Assembly: GCA_964226055.1 (NCBI GenBank)
Contig: CAXQQM010000275.1
Span: 1 to 41,488 of the forward strand
Direction of reading: 5' to 3'
DNA: 41,488 nucleotides
Source: Robiginitalea sp.
GTDB taxonomy: Bacteria; Bacteroidota; Bacteroidia; Flavobacteriales; Flavobacteriaceae
Below the pieces are notes generated by a model that saw nothing but the letters and a program-made list of their open reading frames with translations, was not told the origin of the DNA and ran no database searches. The first letter of the stretch is position 1. The number at the start of each line of letters is the position of its first letter. Shown in pieces: positions 10,549 through 20,347 of the stretch. A program made the translations under genes and the position numbers.

Positions 10549-11163
10549 ATGGACAAGAACCTCAAGCGCATGGCGACGATGAATCGCATGCAGATGACCG
10601 GCCTGGAACTTTTTTACGCCCAGGGCTACTACAACACCAGCATCGACGACATCCTCAAATCCCTGAATTTGTCGAAGGGTGCCTTCTATTATCATTTCCA
10701 ATCCAAGGAGGAATTCTTTATCAGCATTGTGCAGAACCTTGTTTTCCGCAAAGTGTATACCATGCTGATCGAGCCCATCGAAGGGGTGGAAAACCCGCTC
10801 AGGGCCATCGAGATCTGTCTGGACGACGCCCTGAAGACCGCCGAATACAACGACCTGGATTACGGCTTCGTCCTCGCAAACTTCCTGAACGAATTCAACG
10901 GGAGGAACGACAAGATCACGCGATACCTGACGGATATCTGCAAGGTTTGGGAAGTAAACCTCGTTACGGCCCTGCAGAAGGGAAAAACTGACGGGTTCGT
11001 GGAACGACACGTGGATAGTGAAGGGGTCGCCTCGTTTATCATCTCCAGCTATTTCGGGGTTCGCAGCCTGATGGTCTCCGGGAATTGCAAGATCCTCCGC
11101 TACAACTATATCCAGCAACTGCGGAATTACTTCCGCTCGCTTTCTCCGGTCGTCCTCGCCTGA
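10549..11163 (+). CDS. TetR/AcrR-family transcriptional regulator
   Basis: N-terminal HTH signature LFYAQGYYNTSIDDI..LSKGAFYYHFQSKEE. Confidence 0.93.
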   Translation: MDKNLKRMATMNRMQMTGLELFYAQGYYNTSIDDILKSLNLSKGAFYYHFQSKEEFFISIVQNLVFRKVYTMLIEPIEGVENPLRAIEICLDDALKTAEYNDLDYGFVLANFLNEFNGRNDKITRYLTDICKVWEVNLVTALQKGKTDGFVERHVDSEGVASFIISSYFGVRSLMVSGNCKILRYNYIQQLRNYFRSLSPVVLA

Positions 11164-12245
11164 TCGGCCGATCCCGGGGCGAGTACCCGGCGGATGCGCT
11201 CGTAAACGGCTTCCGGAGGAATGCTGGCCATCACCTCCTCGTACCCTGCGGGCAACTTGTTGCCATAAACCGAAGTGGGGATTAGCGGAAACTGCTCCCG
11301 GTCGGACAGGAGGGAGTTTTCCGGCGGCTGGCCAAAAGGCGTAAATCCCGCATATGGGTGGGTCACCCCCCATAGGGTGATAACCGGGATGCCAAAGAGG
11401 GCCGCGAGGTGCCCGTTGCCACTGTCCATGGATACCACCAGGTCCAGGTTGCCGATAAGCTGCATTTCCTGCCCGAGCGTGCCTTTCCCGGCCACAGGAA
11501 TACAATTGTGGAATTCCCGCCCCCACTGCTCCAGTTTCCGGGTTTCTTCCGGGCCGCCGCCCAGCAGGTACACCCGAAGGCCTTCATCCCCCTGCAATAG
11601 CGCCAGGAGGCGTTTCATCATTTCATCAGGATAACACTTGCCTGCGTGGGCCGCAAACGGCGCCACGCCGATTCTTGCCACGCCCCTATCCGGGCGATGG
11701 CCGCCCGAGTCGTTCCGCGGTTCAGAAAGCCCCAGGGCTTCCGGCCATTGCGGCTTCCCCAGCACGTCCGCCGGGCGGAGATCAACGGGATATCCCAGGG
11801 CTGCAAAGACAGCTGCATACCTTTGGTGGGTTGGGATGAGCGGTGCCAATTCCTTACCCCCGGCTGATACCAGCCGGCGCTTTTCACTACGGCCCTTGTC
11901 CAGGACCGCGACCGGGATCCCGGTAAACCGGAAAAAGAACCGGAGGATCCGGGTGCGTAAAACTGCGTGGAGGTCTGCAATGGCGTCCGGTTTCAGGGCC
12001 AGGAGCTCCCGGTGGAGTTTCCACAGGCCCCCCAGACCCTTGTGCGTACCCCGGGTATCCACCGGAAACACGCGGACGTCCGGTATTTGTTCGAAAATCG
12101 GGGTATAGGCTTTTTTGGTCGCAACGGTCAGGCGGATTCCCGGGTATTCCCGCTGGAGGGCCAGCAGGACATGAACGGCCATGGCGGCGTCTCCCAGGGC
12201 CGAAAATCGCCAAACGAGCAGGTGCGGGCTATTGCTTCCTTTCAC
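11127..12245 (-). CDS. Glycosyltransferase family 9 (heptosyltransferase-like)
   Basis: RFSALGDAAM, DLHAVLRT, GVAPFAAHAGKCYP, SMDSGNGHLAA, TLWGVTHP. The GTG start overlaps the DUF4254 stop. Confidence 0.9.
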   Translation of the reverse strand: MKGSNSPHLLVWRFSALGDAAMAVHVLLALQREYPGIRLTVATKKAYTPIFEQIPDVRVFPVDTRGTHKGLGGLWKLHRELLALKPDAIADLHAVLRTRILRFFFRFTGIPVAVLDKGRSEKRRLVSAGGKELAPLIPTHQRYAAVFAALGYPVDLRPADVLGKPQWPEALGLSEPRNDSGGHRPDRGVARIGVAPFAAHAGKCYPDEMMKRLLALLQGDEGLRVYLLGGGPEETRKLEQWGREFHNCIPVAGKGTLGQEMQLIGNLDLVVSMDSGNGHLAALFGIPVITLWGVTHPYAGFTPFGQPPENSLLSDREQFPLIPTSVYGNKLPAGYEEVMASIPPEAVYERIRRVLAPGSADQARTTGESERK

Positions 12246-12834
12246 GGAGTACCGGGTTTAACTCCTCGTCGTTGTACATCTTCATCTGTTTATAGACCTT
12301 CATGTACTTCCGGCCGGCCTCGATATCTGCGAGCAACTGATCGATGGCGGTGGAGAGGTCGGCCCGCTGTTCCAGGAGGATGCCGAGTTTCTTTTTACAG
12401 GCCTCGCGGTGTTCCTGCCCGGCATCCTTCCGCCCGGCTTCTTCCCGCATGTGATAGATTTTCAGGGCCAGTATGGAAAGGCGATCGATGGCCCAGGCCG
12501 GGCTTTCCGTATTGATGGTGGCCGATTCCAGCACTTCTACCGATTGGTATTTTTTCAGGAAATAGCTGTCGATGTACTCCACCAGGTCCGTGCGCTCCTG
12601 GTTGCTCGCATCGATCTTTCGCTTGAGTTCCAGGGCTGCCTCCGGGTCGATGCCCGGGTCGCGGATCAGGTCTTCGAAATGCCATTGCACCGTGTCGATC
12701 CAGTTCTTGAGATAGAGCAGGTACTCAATACTCCCGGGTTCATACGGGTTGGGACGGGGTTGGTCTACCCGGTCCTCCTCGTGGTATTTGTCGATACTTG
12801 CCTCAAAAATCCGGAATGCGAAGTCGCTGAACAT
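12229..12834 (-). CDS. DUF4254-family protein
   Basis: KNWIDTVQWHFEDLIRDP, KRKIDASNQERTDLVE, NTESPAWAIDRLSILALKIYHM, KVYKQMKMYND. Start ATG 12834. Confidence 0.85.
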   Translation of the reverse strand: MFSDFAFRIFEASIDKYHEEDRVDQPRPNPYEPGSIEYLLYLKNWIDTVQWHFEDLIRDPGIDPEAALELKRKIDASNQERTDLVEYIDSYFLKKYQSVEVLESATINTESPAWAIDRLSILALKIYHMREEAGRKDAGQEHREACKKKLGILLEQRADLSTAIDQLLADIEAGRKYMKVYKQMKMYNDEELNPVLRERKQ

Positions 12835-12849
12835 AGGTTGCATTTTCCG

Positions 12850-12857
12850 CAAAGATA
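12850..12857 (-). promoter_or_regulatory. Bacteroidota -7 promoter element
   Basis: TATCTTTG on the minus strand, 15 nt upstream of the DUF4254 ATG. Confidence 0.6.
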
Positions 12858-12924
12858 CCGCTTATTTGAGAACCCCTGAATGGTGAACCCAGGGGTGTTG
12901 GCATTCCTCTGAGGTGCGGCCAGG

Positions 12925-13863
12925 TCATCCCAGGAGCCATTCCCCGGCAAAAACCGCCAGGCAGATCCCCAGTGCCCCGAGAAGCAATCCCTCGCGGATT
13001 TTCTCCTTCCGGACAGACTCGATGTACTTGGACAGGAACACGGCGGCCGGGAAGAAGGTCAGGACAATCGGGCTTCCCCGCATCCCGCTTCGAAGGAGCA
13101 CCACCGCAATGCCCACCAGGAGGGATACCGCCAGCAGGCGCATGACCACAATCCGCCCATGCCCGGCTTTTCCCAGCTTCAAAAAGGCGGTAAACCCGGC
13201 GATCAGGACCACCAGGATGTAGCTGCCCAGCTTTGCCGCATTCCGCCATTGGGCCCAGTATTCCACAGTTCCCTCCCACTGCAGCCGGTAGTGGCTGCCA
13301 ATGAAGTCGGGCACTCCTGTCAGGATGGCGATTGCCGTCCCGATCAGCCCCACCACCGCCACGGCTGCCAACGGGTTCAGCCAGTTCCGGAGGTTCCTGG
13401 GTTCGTAGAAATAGACATAAATCCAGGGCAGGAGCATAAATAGCAAGACCCAATCAACCAGCAGGCTGCCCACCAGGATCCAGAGGGCCCCGTCAAAAAT
13501 CTTGGCCTTGACGTTCCTCAGGGATTTCAGGCTGATCAGCCGGCGCATGGCCAGCAGCAGGAACAGGTTGGCCACCAGGGCGTGGCGGTCCAGTAGGGAC
13601 TCGGGGAAGAGCAGGACCAGCAATGCAAAGAAATAGCTGGTATAGGAATGGGAGCCGGTTAGCTGGTTGCGCTGTACAATAAAATTCACCAGCAGGACGC
13701 TCAACAGGAGGGCGCTGATCCCCAATACGTCCATCGGCAGGGTTTCCAGGCTGGTTTCACGTGTGAACCGGAGGAAAAGGGCGCAGGCGTAAAGGAGGGT
13801 GAGAAAGGAGAGGACCAGGATGTAATTGACCGGTTTTGTTTTGCCAAAAACGCTTGAAATCAT
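12925..13863 (-). CDS. Polytopic membrane protein (DUF6427-like)
   Basis: Starts MISSVFGKTKPVNY, with about 9-10 TM segments. Family and position near purD are recalled from Flavobacteriaceae. Confidence 0.7.
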   Translation of the reverse strand: MISSVFGKTKPVNYILVLSFLTLLYACALFLRFTRETSLETLPMDVLGISALLLSVLLVNFIVQRNQLTGSHSYTSYFFALLVLLFPESLLDRHALVANLFLLLAMRRLISLKSLRNVKAKIFDGALWILVGSLLVDWVLLFMLLPWIYVYFYEPRNLRNWLNPLAAVAVVGLIGTAIAILTGVPDFIGSHYRLQWEGTVEYWAQWRNAAKLGSYILVVLIAGFTAFLKLGKAGHGRIVVMRLLAVSLLVGIAVVLLRSGMRGSPIVLTFFPAAVFLSKYIESVRKEKIREGLLLGALGICLAVFAGEWLLG

Positions 13864-13883
13864 CGCTGGTTTTCGTATGTTTG
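13854..13883 (+). promoter_or_regulatory. Bacteroidota -33/-7 promoter
   Basis: TTG (13854-13856), a 19-nt spacer, then TATGTTTG (13876-13883), ending 19 nt upstream of ATG 13903. Confidence 0.6.
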
Positions 13884-13902
13884 CAGGGTAAATATAGGTA
13901 CA

Positions 13903-14124
13903 ATGAGAGCTTTTTTTGAAGGGATCGAAAATTTATTTGTCAACTTCCTCTTCGCCCCTTACGACTTTTTCCGCTTCATGGAAAGCTGGTGGGCCGCCAA
14001 TATGATCAATTGGATTTTCGTGATTATCGGCGCGGTAGCGATGGTTTACTGGCTCGGCCAATTGCGCCTGTTCGACTCCCGCGGGGAAGAAGACCGCAGC
14101 ATTACTTCACATTCGTATTTATAG
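13903..14124 (+). CDS. Small membrane protein (DUF6341-like)
   Basis: 73 aa, MRAFFEGIENLFVNFLFAPYD..SWWAANMINWIF..EEDRSITSHSYL, one TM segment, with its own promoter. Confidence 0.75.
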   Translation: MRAFFEGIENLFVNFLFAPYDFFRFMESWWAANMINWIFVIIGAVAMVYWLGQLRLFDSRGEEDRSITSHSYL

Positions 14125-14130
14125 TCCCTC

Positions 14131-15405
14131 TCAGAGGTCGAAACCGATATCCTTCCGGTAGTAGGCATCCTGGAAGGTTAGCGCCTCCACGGCCCTGTAG
14201 GAGCCTTTCAGGGCTTCCCTGAAGTCCGCCCCGTAAGCGGTAACGGCCAGCACCCGGCCCCCGCTGCTCACCACCTGCCCCGATTCGTCCCGTCGCGTCC
14301 CCGCGTGGAAGACCACGGCATCGCCGGTCGCCTCCAGGCCGCGGATCACGCGTCCTTTTTCATAGGCCTCCGGGTATCCCCCGCTAACCATGACCACCGT
14401 GGTGGCCGCTTCGGGCCGCACCTGCAATTCCACCTCGTCCAGCCGGCCTTCGGCCGTCGCCTGCATCAGGTCCAGCAGGTCCGTTTCGATCCGCGGGATA
14501 ACCACTTCGGTTTCCGGGTCGCCCATGCGGACGTTGTACTCGATAACCAGCGGGTCGTCCCCCACCCGGATCAGCCCGATAAAGATAAAGCCCACATAGG
14601 GCAGTCCTTCCCGCTGCAGCCCTTCCACCGTGGGCCGGATAATGCGGTTTTCGATTTTCTCCATGAAGGCGGCATCCGCAAAGGGTACCGGGGAGACGGC
14701 GCCCATACCGCCGGTGTTCAGGCCGGTGTCCCCTTCCCCGATCCGTTTGTAATCCTTGGCGGTGGGGAGGATTTTGTAGTTCTTGCCATCGGTGAGCACA
14801 AAGCAACTCAGTTCAATCCCCGACAGGAATTCCTCGATGACCACCCGGGCGCTGGCCGAGCCGAATTTGGAGTCGAGGAGCATGGCGCGTAGCTCGGACT
14901 TTGCCTCGTCCAGGGATTCGAGGATCAGCACCCCTTTGCCGGCTGCCAGCCCGTCGGCCTTCAAAACATACGGCGGTTTCAGGGTTTCCAGGAAGCGGTA
15001 ACCCTTGTCGAGGTCTTCGGGCCCGAAGCTCTCGTAGGCTGCGGTGGGGATGTTGTGGCGGCTCATAAAGGCCTTGGCGAATTCCTTGCTGCCCTCGAGT
15101 TGGGCAGCTGCCCGGGAAGGGCCGATGACCGGGATGCCTGAAAGTTCCGGGTGGTCCTTAAAATAGTCGCTGATCCCCTCCACCAGCGGCACTTCGGGGC
15201 CCACGATCAGCAGGTCGATGCTGTGCTCCCCAACGCTTTGGGCAATACTGTCAAAATCGTCTACCGCCAGGGGCAGGTTGGTTGCTACTTGGGCGGTGCC
15301 CGCATTTCCGGGGGCCACGTAGAGTTTTCCGAGGGAATTGCTTTGCGCCAGTTTCCAGGCCAGGGCGTGTTCGCGCCCGCCGGATCCCAGGACCAGGATA
15401 TTCAT
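14131..15405 (-). CDS. purD: Phosphoribosylamine--glycine ligase
   Basis: MNILVLGSGGREHALAW, GPEVPLVEG, LEGSKEFAKAFM, KADGLAAGKGV, LNTGGMGA, EYNVRMGDPETE. Confidence 0.97.
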   Translation of the reverse strand: MNILVLGSGGREHALAWKLAQSNSLGKLYVAPGNAGTAQVATNLPLAVDDFDSIAQSVGEHSIDLLIVGPEVPLVEGISDYFKDHPELSGIPVIGPSRAAAQLEGSKEFAKAFMSRHNIPTAAYESFGPEDLDKGYRFLETLKPPYVLKADGLAAGKGVLILESLDEAKSELRAMLLDSKFGSASARVVIEEFLSGIELSCFVLTDGKNYKILPTAKDYKRIGEGDTGLNTGGMGAVSPVPFADAAFMEKIENRIIRPTVEGLQREGLPYVGFIFIGLIRVGDDPLVIEYNVRMGDPETEVVIPRIETDLLDLMQATAEGRLDEVELQVRPEAATTVVMVSGGYPEAYEKGRVIRGLEATGDAVVFHAGTRRDESGQVVSSGGRVLAVTAYGADFREALKGSYRAVEALTFQDAYYRKDIGFDL

Positions 15406-15421
15406 GATACCGTGTTTTGGA

Positions 15422-15429
15422 CAAAAATA
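15422..15429 (-). promoter_or_regulatory. Bacteroidota -7 promoter element
   Basis: TATTTTTG on the minus strand, 16 nt upstream of the purD ATG. Confidence 0.6.
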
Positions 15430-15566
15430 GGGGATGCCGGCCAAACGGACGGCTTGTTGGGGGAGCTATTTATTGGTAGCTGCATGAACGAGGCAGCCCC
15501 CGCTCGCAGCGAGCCGGACCCGTGGCGCACATTGGCAAGGGCGACCCACTCCGGCCCCGGGTGTCT

Positions 15567-16553
15567 TCAGCGGCGGTTCCTGCCGGAGAAGTCCCGGTGT
15601 TCTTTCCGCTCCAGGTCTTCCCGGGAGAGCGTCCGGAAGTAATCAAAGGTTTTCTTCATCCCTTCTTCCCGGCCCACCTGCGGTTCCCAGCCCAGGATTT
15701 CCTTAGCCTTGGTGATATCCGGCTGCCGCTGCATCGGGTCGTCCTTGGGAAGTGGCTTAAACACGATTTTCTGGTCCGTGCCGGTAAGTTTGATGATCTC
15801 TTCCGCAAAGTCCCGGATGGTGATTTCGTGGGGGTTCCCAATATTCACCGGGAGGGAGTAATCCGAAAGGAGCAAACGGTAGATCCCCTCCACCTGGTCG
15901 TCTACGTAGCAGAAGGAACGCGTCTGGGAGCCGTCGCCGAAAACCGTCAGGTCCTCACCCCGGAGCGCCTGGCCCATAAAGGCGGGGATCACCCGGCCGT
16001 CGTTGAGGCGCATTCGGGGGCCGTAGGTGTTGAAGATCCGCACGATCCGGGTCTCCAGGCCGTGGAAGCGGTGGTAGGCCATCGTAATGGACTCCTGGAA
16101 CCGCTTGGCTTCGTCATATACCCCGCGGGGGCCAATGGTGTTTACATTGCCGTAGTATTCCTCGGTTTGTGGGTGCACAAGCGGGTCGCCGTATACCTCG
16201 GAGGTGGAAGCGATCAGGATACGGGCCTTTTTCTCCTTGGCGAGCCCAAGCAGGTTGTGGGTGCCCAGGGCGCCAACTTTAAGCGTTTGAATCGGGATTT
16301 TCAGGTAATCGATCGGGCTGGCCGGGCTGGCAAAATGCAGGATGTAATCCAGGCGGTCCGGGACGTGGACAAATTTGGTTACATCGTGGTGGTAGTACTC
16401 AAAGTGCTCGTGCCGGAACAGGTGTTCGATGTTTTTCAGGTCGCCGGTGATCAGGTTGTCCATGGCGATGACGTGATAGCCTTCCGCAATAAACCGGTCG
16501 CACAAATGGGAACCCAGAAATCCGGCTGCCCCTGTTATCAAAATTCGTTTCAC
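15567..16553 (-). CDS. uxs: UDP-glucuronate decarboxylase (UDP-xylose synthase)
   Basis: [57 protein letters not shown]. Confidence 0.9.
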   Translation of the reverse strand: MKRILITGAAGFLGSHLCDRFIAEGYHVIAMDNLITGDLKNIEHLFRHEHFEYYHHDVTKFVHVPDRLDYILHFASPASPIDYLKIPIQTLKVGALGTHNLLGLAKEKKARILIASTSEVYGDPLVHPQTEEYYGNVNTIGPRGVYDEAKRFQESITMAYHRFHGLETRIVRIFNTYGPRMRLNDGRVIPAFMGQALRGEDLTVFGDGSQTRSFCYVDDQVEGIYRLLLSDYSLPVNIGNPHEITIRDFAEEIIKLTGTDQKIVFKPLPKDDPMQRQPDITKAKEILGWEPQVGREEGMKKTFDYFRTLSREDLERKEHRDFSGRNRR

Positions 16554-16633
16554 CTGTTTGCTTATTTGTTGTTGTTACGTTATTGCCTTTCGTGCCGGCG
16601 GGAACGCAGGTTGCCCGCAGACCGGATGATGTG

Positions 16634-17935
16634 CTATCCGCGGCCGATGGATTCGTAGTGGAACCCGCGGGACTTCATCTCCTCCACGTCGTAGAGGTTC
16701 CGCCCGTCAAAAACCACCGGGGCTTTCAACAAGTCCTTGACCATACTGAAATTTGGATTGCGGAACACGCTCCATTCCGTGCAGATCACCAGGGCATCCA
16801 TATCCTCGACTGCCCCGTACATGCCGGGCGCAAAGGAGATGGCATCGCCCAGCTTCCGCTTGACGTTTTCCATGGCTTCCGGGTCAAAGGCAGTGACCTC
16901 AGCCCCGGCAGCGAGCAACTCCTCAATGATATACAGGGCCGGGGCCTCGCGGATGTCGTCTGTTTCCGGTTTGAAGGCCAGCCCCCAGAGGCCGATCTTC
17001 TTACCCTTCAGGTCGTCCCCGAAAAACTTCCTGATTTTGGGGATCAGGGCTACTTTCTGTTTCTGGTTCACATCGATCACGGATTCCAGGATCTGGAAAT
17101 CATAGCCGGAGTCCTTCCCGGATTTATGCAGGGCCTTGACATCCTTCGGGAAACAGGACCCCCCGTACCCGATCCCCGGGAACAGGAAGCGCTTCCCGAT
17201 GCGGGAGTCGGTCCCCATGCCTATCCGGACCTTATCCACATCGGCCCCCACCAGCTCGCAGAAATTGGCGATCTCGTTCATAAAGGTAATCTTGGTGGCC
17301 AGGAAGGAATTCGCCGCGTATTTGGTAAGCTCCGCCGACCGTTCGTCCATGATGATCACCGGGTTCCCGGAACGCACAAAGGGTTTGTATAGTTTCTCCA
17401 TCATTTCCGTGGCCCGGGCAGAACTGGAACCCACCACGATCCGTTCGGGCTTCAAAAAATCGTCCACCGCAAAGCCTTCCCGGAGGAATTCCGGGTTGGA
17501 CACCACGTCAAAGTCGCATTGGGCATTTTTCGCAATCGCCTCCCGCACCTTGTCGGACGTCCCAACAGGCACCGTACTCTTATCGACGATCACGCGGTAG
17601 TCGGTAATCAGTTTCCCGATTTCGTCCGCCACGCCCAGGACGTATTTCAGGTCGGCAGACCCGTCCTCGTCCTCCGGGGTGGGGAGCGCAAGAAATACGA
17701 TTTCGCCGTGCTCCAGCCCCTCGGACAGGGAAGTTGTGAAGGTGAGGCGGCCCGCATTGATGTTCCGCTCAAAGAGCACGTCCAGGTGGGGCTCATAGAT
17801 GGGTACCTCCCCCTCCTGCATCCGCTTCACTTTCAGTTCGTCGATATCGACGCAGACCACGTCGTTTCCGGTTTCGGCCAGGCAGGTCCCGGTTACCAAT
17901 CCGACATAGCCCGTGCCTATAACTGATATTTTCAT
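16634..17935 (-). CDS. ugd: UDP-glucose 6-dehydrogenase
   Basis: GTGYVGL, KSTVPVGT, SNPEFLREG, GYGGSCFPKD (catalytic Cys), GLAFKPETDDIRE. Confidence 0.93.
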   Translation of the reverse strand: MKISVIGTGYVGLVTGTCLAETGNDVVCVDIDELKVKRMQEGEVPIYEPHLDVLFERNINAGRLTFTTSLSEGLEHGEIVFLALPTPEDEDGSADLKYVLGVADEIGKLITDYRVIVDKSTVPVGTSDKVREAIAKNAQCDFDVVSNPEFLREGFAVDDFLKPERIVVGSSSARATEMMEKLYKPFVRSGNPVIIMDERSAELTKYAANSFLATKITFMNEIANFCELVGADVDKVRIGMGTDSRIGKRFLFPGIGYGGSCFPKDVKALHKSGKDSGYDFQILESVIDVNQKQKVALIPKIRKFFGDDLKGKKIGLWGLAFKPETDDIREAPALYIIEELLAAGAEVTAFDPEAMENVKRKLGDAISFAPGMYGAVEDMDALVICTEWSVFRNPNFSMVKDLLKAPVVFDGRNLYDVEEMKSRGFHYESIGRG

Positions 17936-18075
17936 TGATAGATTCTTTGTTGCTGATTTAAAACAGTGCGATGTGGGCGCAATATTACTTAGAACGGGGC
18001 GTACCGCGCAACTGTTTTGGTCGAACAACCCAATTCCGGGATAAAAGTACTCGTTTTCCTACTACCGGAAGGGTC

Positions 18076-19431
18076 TTAATACGCCTTCTCTTCCCCCTGG
18101 AACATGTTGAGGACCGTCTGCACGATAATTTTAACATCCAGCAGAAAGGACCAGTTCTCGATATAGAAGATGTCGAATTTAATCCGTCCGTGAATGTCCG
18201 AATCCTGCTCTACCTCCCCCCTGTAGCCGCGGACCTGCGCCAGGCCGGTGATGCCCGGTTTGATAAAATGCCGGACCATGTACTTGTCCACCTTGCTGGC
18301 GTACTCGTCCGTGTGCTTGAGCATGTGCGGCCGCGGGCCCACCACGGACATGTTCCCGAACAGCACGTTATAGAACTGGGGCAGCTCGTCGATACTCGTC
18401 TTCCGGATAAACCGGCCGATCCGGGTCACCCGCATGTCGTTCTTCCCGGCCTGGAGCTTGTCGGCGTCTTTGTTCATGGCCATGGAGCGGAATTTATAGC
18501 AGTAAAATTCCCGGTTGTCCAGCCCCGTGCGCTTCTGTACAAAAAACAGCGGCCCCGGGGACTCCAGCCAGATCAGGATGGCCAGGAGCGGCCCAAGCCA
18601 GATCAGCACCCCGAATATCACCACCAGGCTGAAGGCGATGTCGAAAGACCGCTTGACAAAGGCATTGATGGGGTTGTGGAGCGGGATGTCCCGGAGCGAT
18701 AGGATCGGGAGGTAGTCGTAGTACTCCAGCTTTAATTTTTTGGTATAGATGTTCTTGTTGTCCGGCAGGAATTTCAACGTCTTCAGGTTGTTGTCGGCGA
18801 AGTTGATAAACTCGATCAGTTCGTTGTTTTTCAGCTCGGAAACCGAACAGTAAATTTCGTCGACGTTGTTGGAGACAATGAATTCAAAACAACTTTTCAG
18901 ATTAAAGTCCGCCTCCTTGGGACAGAACTGCTTCATGAAATTATAACCGTATTCCGCATGGATCCGGAAAATGGAAATCAACTGGTCTGTTTTCTTATTC
19001 TTCCCGATAACCACCACATTCCGCAAGTTGCCCTTGACCTTTTCGCGGTACCGCATCAGCATGTAGTAATTGATAAACTTTACCGTGCTGATGGTAATCA
19101 ATATAAGGCCGGCGTATTGCGCCAGGGCCAGCCGGCTGATATAGGGCTGCTTGAAAAACCCGATATAGGCGTAAAGGATCAGGAAAAAGAAGAAAAATTG
19201 CCGGGCGATCAGGCGCAGGATCTGGGTGACCTTCGTGTAGCGGAATACCTGGTAGAATTCTGCCCAGATGGCAATGATGATCCAGCATACGGAAATGTAC
19301 ACGTGAAAGACCAGTACATCCCGCAGGTTGATCGGAAAGACATGGGCGAAAAGGTTGAGGATCGCCAGGTCGACCAGATACGACAAGGGCGTGATAAGAT
19401 TGGAAAATCGATGTTGTCCGAATTTAATCAT
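18076..19431 (-). CDS. Undecaprenyl-phosphate sugar phosphotransferase (WcaJ-like initiating enzyme)
   Basis: Four N-terminal TMs, KRSFDI, KFRSM, RKTSIDELPQF, SVVGPRP, KPGITGLAQV. Confidence 0.92.
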   Translation of the reverse strand: MIKFGQHRFSNLITPLSYLVDLAILNLFAHVFPINLRDVLVFHVYISVCWIIIAIWAEFYQVFRYTKVTQILRLIARQFFFFFLILYAYIGFFKQPYISRLALAQYAGLILITISTVKFINYYMLMRYREKVKGNLRNVVVIGKNKKTDQLISIFRIHAEYGYNFMKQFCPKEADFNLKSCFEFIVSNNVDEIYCSVSELKNNELIEFINFADNNLKTLKFLPDNKNIYTKKLKLEYYDYLPILSLRDIPLHNPINAFVKRSFDIAFSLVVIFGVLIWLGPLLAILIWLESPGPLFFVQKRTGLDNREFYCYKFRSMAMNKDADKLQAGKNDMRVTRIGRFIRKTSIDELPQFYNVLFGNMSVVGPRPHMLKHTDEYASKVDKYMVRHFIKPGITGLAQVRGYRGEVEQDSDIHGRIKFDIFYIENWSFLLDVKIIVQTVLNMFQGEEKAY

Positions 19432-19579
19432 GCCAATAAGCCTCCGGGGCTCTCTGATATTTTAGCGTAGTGCGATATTTCCTGTGGGTCATTCCCCCCG
19501 CCGTCTTCAAAGCGAAAATACTCAAATCTTTTCGTATGGCGGAAACCCGGGGTGCCGGTCGCTGATGCCCTGTTGGCCT

Positions 19580-20347
19580 TCAGGGTTTCCTGCCCGACCA
19601 TTTGCTGAGGAAAATCCGGATGGATTTCAGGTGCGCCAAAAAAAGTTTGGCATTGCGGGAGGAAGCTTTTTCATAATGGTGGAAAATGCGGGCCCCGGGC
19701 ACATAGACCACCCGGTAACCAGCCGCTGACACCTCCCTGCAGATGTCGATATCTTCCAGGTACATGAAATAACGCTCGTCAAACCCCCCAACCTCCAAAA
19801 AAACGCGGGTTCTGAATAACTGGAAACATCCGAGCAGGCTATCGACATCCTGGGGGACGGTCAGGTCGCGATCCAGGTAATGACTCCGGATATACCGATT
19901 CCGGAAAAGCCCCGCCAGGCCGGGAACACGACGAATCGCAAAATCAAGCGGCTTCGGGTACCGCCGGATGGAATGTTGGAGCCTCCCGTCGGGATAATTG
20001 ATCTGCGGACCGACCACCCCGGCCTCCGGATGGTTTTCGAGATAGTCCTGCAATTGTGCAGGAACCCCCGGGTCAAAATAGATGTCCGGGTTTAAAATCA
20101 GGTGGAACCTGGAATCGGGATGCAACCGGTCGAGCACATAATTATGCCCCCGCCCGAACCCCAGGTTTTTTCCCGTCCAGAGGTAGGTGACGTGTTCGCG
20201 ATCCGAAAAGAAGGGCTCCAGGTCACGGTTCCCGGAATTGTCGATTGCGTACAGGTGTTTGGGCCCGGGAATCGCCAGAAAACTCTCAAGGACCTCCCGG
20301 AGCTTATCGGTCGGATTGTGGAACAGAACCAAGGAGGCGGTCAGCAT
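19580..20347 (-). CDS. GT2 glycosyltransferase, WbbL-like (putative rhamnosyltransferase)
   Basis: IDNS, NLGFGRGHN, LILNPD, GGFDERYFMYLEDIDIC. Start ATG 20347. Confidence 0.8.
   Translation of the reverse strand: MLTASLVLFHNPTDKLREVLESFLAIPGPKHLYAIDNSGNRDLEPFFSDREHVTYLWTGKNLGFGRGHNYVLDRLHPDSRFHLILNPDIYFDPGVPAQLQDYLENHPEAGVVGPQINYPDGRLQHSIRRYPKPLDFAIRRVPGLAGLFRNRYIRSHYLDRDLTVPQDVDSLLGCFQLFRTRVFLEVGGFDERYFMYLEDIDICREVSAAGYRVVYVPGARIFHHYEKASSRNAKLFLAHLKSIRIFLSKWSGRKP

Noticed and set aside
12872-12896. Hairpin ACCCCTG..CAGGGGT between DUF6427 and DUF4254; similar GC-rich stems near 2578-2603, 15502-15514 and 16598-16618
   Set aside because: No U-tract and no shared sequence among them, so they cannot be supported as terminators, REPs or ncRNAs.
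13903-14124. Calling the small ORF a uracil phosphoribosyltransferase
   Set aside because: It is 73 aa with a TM helix and no PRPP-binding motif.
19455-19480. ops/JUMPstart-like element (AGCGTAGTGCG) upstream of the WcaJ-like gene
   Set aside because: Wrong strand for the operon, a poor match, and no UpxY/RfaH gene in the window.
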